Assembly (NCBI GenBank): GCA_964647695.1
Contig: CAZYIS010000001.1
Coordinates: 48,275 to 112,274, forward strand
Source of the DNA: Candidatus Woesearchaeota archaeon
GTDB taxonomy: Archaea; Nanobdellota; Nanobdellia; Pacearchaeales; GW2011-AR1
DNA length: 64,000 bases
Direction of reading: 5' to 3'
Shown here: positions 8,580-16,945 of the stretch, piece by piece
How positions within the stretch are numbered: the stretch's first letter is position 1
Layout of the letters: every line of letters begins with the position of its first letter
Notes under the pieces: model-generated
The model's database searches: none
Told to the model about the DNA's origin: nothing
What the model saw: only the letters and a program-made list of their open reading frames with translations
Position numbers and translations under genes: made by a program

Positions 8580-11183
8580 TTATTTATTTCCTATGGCTTT
8601 CATATGTAATTCATGCATTCTCTTTAAAAAATTAGCCCTATCTTCCATCTTAATAAGATCCGATCTTCCTTCCAATGAAAGATTAACCCCAAAAGGACTT
8701 ACAAAAGGTGTTCTTATCTTCTTCAGCTTAACCGTTCCATTTTCAATCCACTTTAACACCTGCTCAGCACTTTTTATGTCCATTAAATCCTCAAAAACCT
8801 CTCTCCTTGCTTCTCTAAGTATGGGGAACTCATTACTTATCTTCTTTACTGCCACCAATAGAAATCCTGAATGCATCTGCTGTTTACCTACGCTCTTTTC
8901 TCTTCCCTTATAGTTTCTAAGAATCATCAAAGATCTAGCAGCACACTGTCTAAACCTTCGGTTAAGTATTTCGGTTCTTTCCACTGCCTCTTTCAATATC
9001 TCCCTCAAATTTTTACTTTTTACAAAATCAATTATCTTATTTTCATCCAATTCTGTTCCCGATATAAAGAAGCCATTATCATTTACTCCTATTTCTATAT
9101 CTCTATACTTTAGTCTAGCGGCAGCAAAAGCATAGGCCCTAGCCAAAGAATCATTTACTCTTCTACCATAGAGCGAATGAAACATTAATACTTCCTTATC
9201 TGATTTGAACTTCTCAACCACCAAAGTATTAACATCCGGAACTGCAGCAAACTTACTTTGTTCAAGAAAATAGTTATAAATCGTTTCAGCCACATGTTTT
9301 TTACAATAAACATTTTCCATAATAAATTCTATTGCTTCTTTCTTATTGTTCAATCTCTCTTTCAACAGCTTTCTAAACCGTCCAATGCTCAAAGCCACAT
9401 CAAAACTCAAGGGCAACTGTTCAGAAAACCAACTAGGGATTGTAGGATTTTTAGTAACCCCTGCCGAAACATAGGCCTTCATACCTCTGGAATAAAGATA
9501 TTGATATTTTGCTCCCCCTAGTACAAAAATATCTCCTCTTTTCATTCTCTCCAGAAAGGATTCATCAATCTTACCTATTATCTGCCCTCTCTGCTCAACC
9601 GGATTCTGAATTGTAACGCTTATGAATCCTTCTTCAGGAATAGTTCCTATATTAGTCATATACATAACTCTTGCCATCTTTCCTCTCTTTCCAATCTGAT
9701 TCTTTTCTTTATCATACCATATTTTAGCATAAACATTTCTATGTTCTAGAGCATACTCTCCTGCTAGATAACTAACCACATCAAAAAAATCTTCTTTGCT
9801 CAAATTTTCATAGCAATAACTCCTTCTAATGGTTGCAAGTAGTTCATCCACAGCCCATATTCTAGATATGGCCATTCCAAATATCTGCTGAGCCAGCACA
9901 TCTAAACAATTTTTTGGTATATCTGCTCTATCAATTTTACCCTCCACCATCTCTTTCATCAATATACTACATTCCACCAAGTCATCCCTATCCAAAACTA
10001 TGAATTCGCCCCTAGGATTCTCATGGAGTTTATGGCCTGCTCTTCCAATTCTTTGCAACGCTCTAGAAACCGACTTAGGACTTCTAATCATCACAACCAG
10101 ATCTATGCTTCCTATATCTATTCCCAGTTCCAAAGACGTACTGGAAACAACAACTTTCAATTGTCCTGCTCTCAATTTATCTTCAATCTCCAATCTTTTC
10201 TCCTTAGACATGGAACCATGATGGGCCCCTATCAAACCTTCATATTTTCCTGGAAAATGCATATCTAAAAAATGAATTATTCTTTCTGTAGCTGCCCTAG
10301 TATTAGTAAATATCAATGTGGTTCTATTTTTTTCAATCAATTCATCCAATAATTTGTAAAACTTTTTTTGATTTACTTGATTTTCCGCTTCCAGAATATT
10401 ATCTCCTGGATAATCCAGCCCAATTTCAATCTTCTTATTCAATTTAACTGCTGCAATTAAACAATCTCTCTGAGTTCCCACTAAAAACTTAGCTATTTCC
10501 TCCAGAGGAGATATGGTGGCACTAAGTCCAATACGCACCGGTTCAATTTTACTATAATTACACAGTCTTTCAAGAGTAAGTGAAAGGTAAACTCCTCGCT
10601 TATTAGTCAATGCGTGTATTTCATCCACTATAACAAATTCCAAATTCTTAACATTTTCCACAAACTTCTCAGTTGTCAATACTATGGCCAAACTTTCCGG
10701 AGTTGTAACATATATGTGTGGGCTCTTTCTAGCATGTTTAGCTCTTTCAGCCGCCGTTGTATCTCCTGTTCTTAATCCTACTCTTATCTTTTGCATCTTT
10801 ATTCCTTTTTTCAAGGCTAAAGCCTCAATTTCTTCGAGTGGATTAATTAAATTAACAAAAATATCATTGCTCAATGCCTTTAATGGAGAAGTATAGATTG
10901 CATATATCTTATCTTCCAGTTCATTTTTCAGTGCAAGAGAGACAATATAATTAATTATTCCCAGAAAAGCTGTAAGTGTTTTAGTTCCGCCAGTAGGTGC
11001 ACTAACCAGAATGTTTTTTCTATCATAAATATTTTTTACACCATATAACTGAGTCAATGAATAATCCTTAAACCTAGTAAAAAACCATTCTTTCACGATA
11101 GGATCTAGTATTGCACTAACTTCAGCACTCTTGAAAGGTTCAATATATTTTATTTCCGACATATAATTCTGCCTTGAGTTCAT
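8580..11183 (-). CDS. lhr: Lhr-core SF2 helicase (start may be 11162)
   Basis: SPLKALSND, TTPESL, DEIH, GLSAT, HHGSMS, SLELGIDIG, QRIGRAGH, DVLAQQI, NIGTIP and IPSWFSE. Confidence 0.95.
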   Translation of the reverse strand: MNSRQNYMSEIKYIEPFKSAEVSAILDPIVKEWFFTRFKDYSLTQLYGVKNIYDRKNILVSAPTGGTKTLTAFLGIINYIVSLALKNELEDKIYAIYTSPLKALSNDIFVNLINPLEEIEALALKKGIKMQKIRVGLRTGDTTAAERAKHARKSPHIYVTTPESLAIVLTTEKFVENVKNLEFVIVDEIHALTNKRGVYLSLTLERLCNYSKIEPVRIGLSATISPLEEIAKFLVGTQRDCLIAAVKLNKKIEIGLDYPGDNILEAENQVNQKKFYKLLDELIEKNRTTLIFTNTRAATERIIHFLDMHFPGKYEGLIGAHHGSMSKEKRLEIEDKLRAGQLKVVVSSTSLELGIDIGSIDLVVMIRSPKSVSRALQRIGRAGHKLHENPRGEFIVLDRDDLVECSILMKEMVEGKIDRADIPKNCLDVLAQQIFGMAISRIWAVDELLATIRRSYCYENLSKEDFFDVVSYLAGEYALEHRNVYAKIWYDKEKNQIGKRGKMARVMYMTNIGTIPEEGFISVTIQNPVEQRGQIIGKIDESFLERMKRGDIFVLGGAKYQYLYSRGMKAYVSAGVTKNPTIPSWFSEQLPLSFDVALSIGRFRKLLKERLNNKKEAIEFIMENVYCKKHVAETIYNYFLEQSKFAAVPDVNTLVVEKFKSDKEVLMFHSLYGRRVNDSLARAYAFAAARLKYRDIEIGVNDNGFFISGTELDENKIIDFVKSKNLREILKEAVERTEILNRRFRQCAARSLMILRNYKGREKSVGKQQMHSGFLLVAVKKISNEFPILREARREVFEDLMDIKSAEQVLKWIENGTVKLKKIRTPFVSPFGVNLSLEGRSDLIKMEDRANFLKRMHELHMKAIGNK

Positions 11184-11254
11184 TATTTAAGTCTTATGAA
11201 ATATAAAATTTTTCAAATCAGTAGCTTTAAATAAGTTATTCGGTTTTATCTTCC

Positions 11255-11587
11255 ATGCCCATCATATCCCAACAAAAAAAAGACAAAATATCTGAACAAA
11301 TACTACATTATCTTTTTGAAAACTCTCCCGAAAGCAAATTCACTTCCGACATAGCCAAAGAAATCGCTCGAGATGAAGAATTTATTAAAATAATTCTTGC
11401 TGATTTGTCAAAAAAAGGCTTAATCAATCTAATAACTAAAAATTCTTCCGGCGTTTCCTACCTAAAAAGACAAAGATGGCGTCTAAGCAATCAAGCATTC
11501 CAAATTTATTCCAATGCTCAGTCCCATAAAAACCAGAATGCTGTATTTCAGAATAACAATATTTATAATAACTCTGATGACTCTTGA
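11255..11587 (+). CDS. Small winged-HTH protein
   Basis: ILHYLFE...FTSDIAKEIARDEEFIKIILADLSKKGLI...RWRLS is a wHTH pattern. Confidence 0.75.
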   Translation: MPIISQQKKDKISEQILHYLFENSPESKFTSDIAKEIARDEEFIKIILADLSKKGLINLITKNSSGVSYLKRQRWRLSNQAFQIYSNAQSHKNQNAVFQNNNIYNNSDDS

Positions 11588-12285
11588 ATTCTATGGACAA
11601 GGATCCAATTAAAGAAGCATTTACCCGCGCAAAAATTGATATTCAATCACTTAAAGACCAATTCTCTTCACTATTAAATGAAATTCAAGATATTAAACGA
11701 ACTCTCAATACTATATCTAATAAACCCTCAGACAGACAGATAGACCAACAGACAAACCAACAGATAAATAAGGCAGATATCCAACAAGAAGATGAATTAT
11801 ACGAACCTCCAACATCTGATTGGCCCTATAAACGTCTAAAACCCCATGTTTACAGACTTTCCACAAGAAATAGGGGGGTTCCAACAGACAGACAGACAAA
11901 CCAACAGACAGACAGACAAACACATAATAAAGGGAAAATCGACAAAATAGCAGCCATTGACCAGGTTTCCCAGATACTAGAATCCCTAGATTCCATGAAA
12001 AAAGAGCTCAGATCGAAGTTTAAACATTTAACCAATCAAGAAATGCTAGTTTTTTCAACCATCTATCAACTTGAAGAAGAAGGTTTTTCCGTCGATTATC
12101 CTCTAGTTTCTCAGAAATTAAGTCTTACCGAGTCATCCATACGAGATTATGTTCTTAAGCTAACAAAAAAAGGTATTCCCATCGGTAAAATCAAAGAAAA
12201 CAATAAGAAAATCTTCCTTAAAATCTCTTCAGAGTTCAAGAAATTGGCTTCTCTGGATACGATTTTAGCTTTGAGAGAATTATAA
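11584..12285 (+). CDS. Coiled-coil, QTDR-repeat linker and C-terminal wHTH protein
   Basis: N-terminal heptads, then TDRQTNQQTDRQT repeats, then LTNQEMLVF...YPLVSQKLSLTESSIRDYVLKLTKKG HTH. The start may be the ATG at 11593. Confidence 0.8.
   Translation: MNSMDKDPIKEAFTRAKIDIQSLKDQFSSLLNEIQDIKRTLNTISNKPSDRQIDQQTNQQINKADIQQEDELYEPPTSDWPYKRLKPHVYRLSTRNRGVPTDRQTNQQTDRQTHNKGKIDKIAAIDQVSQILESLDSMKKELRSKFKHLTNQEMLVFSTIYQLEEEGFSVDYPLVSQKLSLTESSIRDYVLKLTKKGIPIGKIKENNKKIFLKISSEFKKLASLDTILALREL
11729..11921 (+). repeat. CAGA/CAGACAAAC tandem repeats inside the coding sequence
   Basis: cagacagacagatagaccaacagacaaaccaacagat at about 11729 and ccaacagacagacagacaaaccaacagacagacagacaaac at 11881-11921. Confidence 0.85.
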
Positions 12286-12597
12286 AAAATTAATTAACCG
12301 GTTAAACGAACAACGTTTAAGCTACGCTATTGCTAACCTCATCTTTCCAAAAAGCTAAAAATCAGCCCTTTTAAGCTCTATAAAGGCAAATCTTCAATTT
12401 TTCCTACAGTTTAAATCAGAGAAATTGATCATTTTGTTCCAATTTCTCCTCACTTTTGCTTGAACGTGAAAACCCTATTTTTCTATTAAACCTCATTCCG
12501 CCATTGTTTTTTGACACTATTACTCTCAAACTTTCGCTTTCAAGGCCCCTCAGTAAAACTCTCTCTTTTTGACTCAAATTGATCATTTTTTCCATAC

Positions 12598-13275
12598 TCA
12601 TGGGCCCTCACTTTTCACTTTTTCTGCTTCTTTTTCACTATTTTCATCATTTGACTTATTAACGCGAACCTTTTGACCCTTGTTAACTCTCACTTTTCCA
12701 TATTTTGCTAGTTTTTCACGTATTTCTGCCGGTACAAAGACCCTCTTTTTACCGTTTTTCTCTGTTATTTCCATAATTAATCCCTCATTCTTCTGTTTTA
12801 TAGCATTTATTTGTCCTCTTACGGTTGATCGCTCTTTTCCTAGTAAAAGTGCCAAATCTTCATAGCTTAGCTTCATTTCGCTGTTCATTAAGGTAAAAAT
12901 GAGGAGTCTTTCATTTGCACTAAGATTCTTTAGAATTTCGTAAAAATTGCCTGTTTGAACAGCTGTTTGAACAGCAATATCAACAGCTTCAACAGCTGTC
13001 TGTTTACCTAAAACAGCCGATTTCTTAAACACCTGTTTGTTTTTGTCGCCCTCAGAAACCACATCAACTCCTTCGCGCAAACTTTCGATCTCATCTTTAA
13101 TCGACGCTAATTCCAATTTTAACTCATTTAATACGTCAAACACCTGTTTGTCTCTCCCATCCAAGTACTTTATCCACTTTCCAACAGCATCAATATCTTT
13201 TTTAACAGAATTAAAACCTTCTTGAGTTTTTTCCTCAAGTTTATTTTCCTTTTTTTTAAATAACCAGTCTAACAT
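12598..13275 (-). CDS. Coiled-coil, QTAV-repeat linker and C-terminal wHTH protein (apparent paralog of 11584..12285)
   Basis: GFNSVKKDI coiled coil, KQTAVEAVDIAVQTAVQT linker, and LSANERLLIFTLMNSEMKLSYEDLALLLGKERSTVRGQINAIK HTH. Confidence 0.8.
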   Translation of the reverse strand: MLDWLFKKKENKLEEKTQEGFNSVKKDIDAVGKWIKYLDGRDKQVFDVLNELKLELASIKDEIESLREGVDVVSEGDKNKQVFKKSAVLGKQTAVEAVDIAVQTAVQTGNFYEILKNLSANERLLIFTLMNSEMKLSYEDLALLLGKERSTVRGQINAIKQKNEGLIMEITEKNGKKRVFVPAEIREKLAKYGKVRVNKGQKVRVNKSNDENSEKEAEKVKSEGP

Positions 13276-13447
13276 AATTATATATCAAGTCCTATACTAT
13301 ATAAACCTTACGTCTATAGCCTCTAAAACCGTCGATAACCTTTTTAATTTTTCATCAAAAAATGCTCAGACAAACACCCTTAAACAGCAGACAAACACCC
13401 TCTATGCTCCAAAAAACAGCTGTTTGAACACTCAAAAACACCTGTTT
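12951..13447. repeat. Cluster of palindromic AAACA(G/C)CTGTTT sites
   Basis: Copies at 12958, 12991 (partial), 13027, 13138, 13414 and 13436; more at 14618, 14919, 19061 and 19446-19465. Confidence 0.8.
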
Positions 13448-13542
13448 TATCAATAAAACTGCTTCAAACACTCTTAATTTTATTAAAAAATCATAAAAAA
13501 ATGCTCAAACTTTTAAGCAAAACCATTAATTTTGATTATCTA

Positions 13543-13584
13543 TAAAAACCGTTAAAAATTAACAATTAAAAACCGTTAAAAATT
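13543..13584 (+). repeat. 18-bp direct repeat TAAAAACCGTTAAAAATT, two copies
   Basis: Exact copies at 13543-13560 and 13567-13584; degenerate copies near 13324 and 13519. Confidence 0.85.
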
Positions 13585-13661
13585 GATAAAATCGATATTT
13601 TTAGCATATTTTCATCAAAAAATAACAAAACATTTAAATACCTCCTATTCCTATAATAAGT

Positions 13662-13748
13662 ATACACCTCTTTTTCCCGGAGGAGGACGTTTGATCATTT
13701 AAATCTAGTACGATTAAACTTCCTCTTCTAGGAGTTCAACCTCTTTTT
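13662..13748 (+). ncRNA. Candidate structured small RNA, copy 1
   Basis: TATA TTTAAATA at 13633. ATACACCTCTTTTTCCC is followed by a roughly 22-bp stem, TCCCGGAGGAGGACGTTTGATC / GATTAAACTTCCTCTTCTAGGA, with G-U pairs, then a U-tract. Paralog at 16946. Confidence 0.55.
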
Positions 13749-13811
13749 CAGACAAAAAGTTTAAAAACCTCCGTGTATTATAGATTATACGAGGACAAAA
13801 AAATAATAAAT

Positions 13812-13985
13812 ATGGTAAAATATGGTTCAATTTGGTCAACATCAGACATTTTTTGTCAAAAATGTCACAAAAACACCCGCGGAGTACAATTGAAAAGTAT
13901 AGAAATGGCAAAACATGGTCTTTCTTTAGAACTTTGTAGCTCGTGTATCTCCGAAATTGCCAGTGATTCTTCAAATTTCGTCTAA
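13812..13985 (+). CDS. Small zinc-finger protein
   Basis: CQKC...CSSC in 57 aa from ATG 13812; GAGGA upstream. Confidence 0.6.
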   Translation: MVKYGSIWSTSDIFCQKCHKNTRGVQLKSIEMAKHGLSLELCSSCISEIASDSSNFV

Positions 13986-14001
13986 AAATTAACAAAAAAC
14001 G

Positions 14002-14253
14002 ATGAAAATACTAAAAACCAAACGATCCTTCCGGAAGGAGTTCCGCAGACAGATCAAAATGGCCCTTGTTGCAGCCATCGGATTCACCATTGCCTTTGCC
14101 TGGAGGGATTCTTTGTCCCAAATTCTTGAAAAAACCGCTGAAAACCTAGGTTACGAAGTTGGTTTGGGCTCTTCGCCCCTTTTTATGCCTTTTTTAACCA
14201 CAATTTTAGGCGTTTTGCTCATAATCCTACTCTCAAAAATCTTTTCCGACTGA
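14002..14253 (+). CDS. Small two-TM membrane protein (DUF5654-like)
   Basis: ALVAAIGFTIAFAWRDSL pattern and two hydrophobic helices. Confidence 0.7.
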   Translation: MKILKTKRSFRKEFRRQIKMALVAAIGFTIAFAWRDSLSQILEKTAENLGYEVGLGSSPLFMPFLTTILGVLLIILLSKIFSD

Positions 14254-14292
14254 TTTTTCAGCCCGTTAAGGTCTATGAAAGGAGGTATCATC

Positions 14293-14619
14293 ATGGTAGT
14301 TCAAAAAAGCATAGGTTTAGCCAAAGAATTCAGAGAATTTTTGAAAGAATATAAGGTCATAGGACTCGCTGTTGCCGTAATCATGGGTTTTGCAGCCAAT
14401 ACAATGATCAAATCTTTAGTTGATAACATAATAATGCCCCTAATAACTCCATTTATACCTGGAGGAGCCTGGCAAACAGCCGTTTGGAATTTCTGGGTCT
14501 GGAAAGGAATCGCCTGGGGATCGTTTTTATCAGCTTTAATCTACTTCCTCATCATAGCATTGGTTGTTTTCCTCATATCCAAGTTCATGCTTAAGGAAGA
14601 AAAGGTAACTAAGAAGTAA
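14293..14619 (+). CDS. mscL: Large-conductance mechanosensitive channel MscL
   Basis: KEFREFLKEYKVIGLAVAVIMG, SLVDNIIMPLI and WGSFLSALIYFLIIALVVF; SD GGAGGT at 14281 favours ATG 14293. Confidence 0.92.
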   Translation: MVVQKSIGLAKEFREFLKEYKVIGLAVAVIMGFAANTMIKSLVDNIIMPLITPFIPGGAWQTAVWNFWVWKGIAWGSFLSALIYFLIIALVVFLISKFMLKEEKVTKK

Positions 14620-14684
14620 ACAGCTGTTTATTCTTATCATTTAAACACCCATAAGCTTATATTTTTCATTTTTTTATTATATTT

Positions 14685-15164
14685 ATGCCACAAAAGGGGC
14701 TAGATAGGCAATCCGAACTCGAATCCCTTTCCCTAGAAGAGGTTCAAAGACGAAAAAACTGGAGACAAAGTCATCCAATTTATAGGAATTACGCACGCGG
14801 AAATCCGGTTGAACATCAACAAGCGGAGCTGTCCATTGGAAGGACGGACATCGAATTCAAACACCTTCCCCAACACCCGGAGAACATAGACCTCAATCCA
14901 GGAAAGCAAGGTCCAAGCCAACAGCTGTTGGACTCCGCATTACCCTATTCTTTTCATTCTCCAAAAAAAGGAAAGTCTCATTTTAGAAGAACCATCTTCC
15001 AAACAACCTATAGACATGGAGTTAACCAGCTCCTAAAAACCAAAGGCATTAATCCCTATGAGTGGGAACCTTTTGATAATTTTGTAATTATCTCAGCAGA
15101 AGAATCAGATTTTTTAGAAAATTTAGTCAAGGTATTCCCAGAATATTATGCTCAAACCTTCTAG
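14685..15164 (+). CDS. Hypothetical protein (accessory island)
   Basis: 159-aa ORF with an upstream TTATAT box. Confidence 0.65.
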   Translation: MPQKGLDRQSELESLSLEEVQRRKNWRQSHPIYRNYARGNPVEHQQAELSIGRTDIEFKHLPQHPENIDLNPGKQGPSQQLLDSALPYSFHSPKKGKSHFRRTIFQTTYRHGVNQLLKTKGINPYEWEPFDNFVIISAEESDFLENLVKVFPEYYAQTF

Positions 15165-15310
15165 CATCGCTAACAACTTTAATTCACCTATAAAGTTCGG
15201 TTAATTATCCAAAATCTTACCAAAAAACCACTGCCTTTTAACAATTATTTTCAGCCATTTTAGCCTAATTTCATGGAAAAGTATAAAAACTCGGCAGGGG
15301 TTAAATTTTT

Positions 15311-15652
15311 ATGGAAATAAAACCTCAAGATTTTCGTGGAAGTCTAGCAGCAATGCCTTTACAGGCAATGATAAGAGAAGAGCAGGAGCAGAATTCTCGA
15401 TATTCAGAAGAACACTGGAAATGGTACTGTGCACGAGCAGATAGACTTGAAAGAACAATATTTGGAACTTTAGCATTGGCTTCTGAAATGGTGGCTGCTT
15501 CTTACCTATACTCTGGGCTTACACTTAATAATCCAAAAGATTATCTAGATGCAGGAATTGTTGGTTTATTTGGCTTATTTTCTGGTGCCACAAGCTATTC
15601 CGCGCATAGATCTTTGCGTAAAACAAGCCAAAAACCAGCAGTTTCTAACTAA
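15311..15652 (+). CDS. Hypothetical two-TM protein
   Basis: Promoter GAAAAGTATAAAAAC starts 35 nt before the ATG; protein ends SQKPAVSN. Confidence 0.7.
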   Translation: MEIKPQDFRGSLAAMPLQAMIREEQEQNSRYSEEHWKWYCARADRLERTIFGTLALASEMVAASYLYSGLTLNNPKDYLDAGIVGLFGLFSGATSYSAHRSLRKTSQKPAVSN

Positions 15653-15787
15653 TTCTCAAGTTCGTTTAATCAAAAGGCAGCCAGGTGTCCTAAAAAATAA
15701 TAACTTCAGTCCATGTGAGGCCGAAGGCCGAACGCGCCCGGCATAAAACATCGAAAAGTATAAAAACGCAACAATGGTTAATTTTTT

Positions 15788-16057
15788 ATGAAAGGATTTT
15801 ATATATTAAAAAGACCGGAAGGAAAGCCAATAGGCAGACCAAAATTGGTTTCCAGAGATGTTCCTTTTGATAGGGAAGATCTAGAGTTTAAAGTCAAATT
15901 AAGTCGCCCAAGAGGAGCAAACGCAGGATTAATCTCTGACGATTCTGATCGTCATTATGAAAAGCGCTCAATGGGATCATCACATATAAAAGCAAATTAT
16001 GTTACCTATGCAGTTCAGTACTATAAAATAAGCCAAAAACCCGCAGTTTCTAGCTAA
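15788..16057 (+). CDS. Hypothetical protein
   Basis: Same promoter at the same spacing; protein ends SQKPAVSS. Confidence 0.7.
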   Translation: MKGFYILKRPEGKPIGRPKLVSRDVPFDREDLEFKVKLSRPRGANAGLISDDSDRHYEKRSMGSSHIKANYVTYAVQYYKISQKPAVSS

Positions 16058-16160
16058 AGGAGGAGTTCGCCTAATCACTCTTAACTGCCGTTTTGAGGTC
16101 CCTAACGTCGAAAGTACGCTTTAATCGATACATTTTTATACTCTTACTCTAATCAGACTT

Positions 16161-16445
16161 ATGGATAATTTAGTTTACAAATTAGAATTAGAAATAAAAG
16201 GTATGAAACTTCCAGGAGTTATAGAAGTACATGACGCATTACCTGTGGAAAAGCAAGTGTTATATCTAAATGATAATTTTAAAACTATTGCAAGTATAGA
16301 ATCTGGATACTATGTAGTTACTCAAGTAGTCAGATCTTTAGATTTGACTTTTTCAGATAGACGTCTAAAAAGGGCAGAACAATTAGATTTGCCGGTTGTT
16401 TTTGCAACATACTTTGGTAGAAATAGACCTCCAAAGTCAGAATAA
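16161..16445 (+). CDS. Hypothetical protein
   Basis: 94-aa ORF with TTTTATA upstream. Confidence 0.6.
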   Translation: MDNLVYKLELEIKGMKLPGVIEVHDALPVEKQVLYLNDNFKTIASIESGYYVVTQVVRSLDLTFSDRRLKRAEQLDLPVVFATYFGRNRPPKSE

Positions 16446-16506
16446 TTCTTATAGCTTAATCTTTCAATCACTGCTTAGAACTTTCAGCATAGATATAAAG
16501 TTCGTT

Positions 16507-16800
16507 TTAATACTCTCTAGGTAATTCGTTAGTTTGAAAATTTATGAATGCATCAACATGATCCTTTTCTAATTTTCTTCTAGTTCTGGAAACTATATAT
16601 GAAAGTAATGTTGAACCATAGCAAATAGGTGTCGCAACATCCACTATATCTGCAGCTATTCTTTCTTCAGCTTCAGGTAGTCTTCCGCCAGACATTGACT
16701 CTCCAGCAAGTTTGCTTACTCCATAAACTCCAACTAATCCTGAAACTAACGATGTCGTTACAAGACCTATTTCAATTTTTCTTAATAATCCTTTTACCAT
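16507..16800 (-). CDS. Hypothetical two-TM protein
   Basis: N-terminus resembles 19112..19447; upstream GAAAGATTTATTAA. Confidence 0.6.
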   Translation of the reverse strand: MVKGLLRKIEIGLVTTSLVSGLVGVYGVSKLAGESMSGGRLPEAEERIAADIVDVATPICYGSTLLSYIVSRTRRKLEKDHVDAFINFQTNELPREY

Positions 16801-16945
16801 ATTATTTTAGTAAAACCTAGATTAATAAATCTTTCCGCTCAAACTTTCTAGCGCAAAAGAAGGGTTCGTTTAATTAATCAGAAAATTAAAAGTTCGCATA
16901 ACTAGTCTTTCATAATCTTTATATACTTCCTATGCTTTAGTATAT

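Noticed and set aside
12416..12601. 61-aa ORF downstream of the wHTH gene
   Set aside because: It has an ATGA overlap but no recognisable features, so it cannot be supported.
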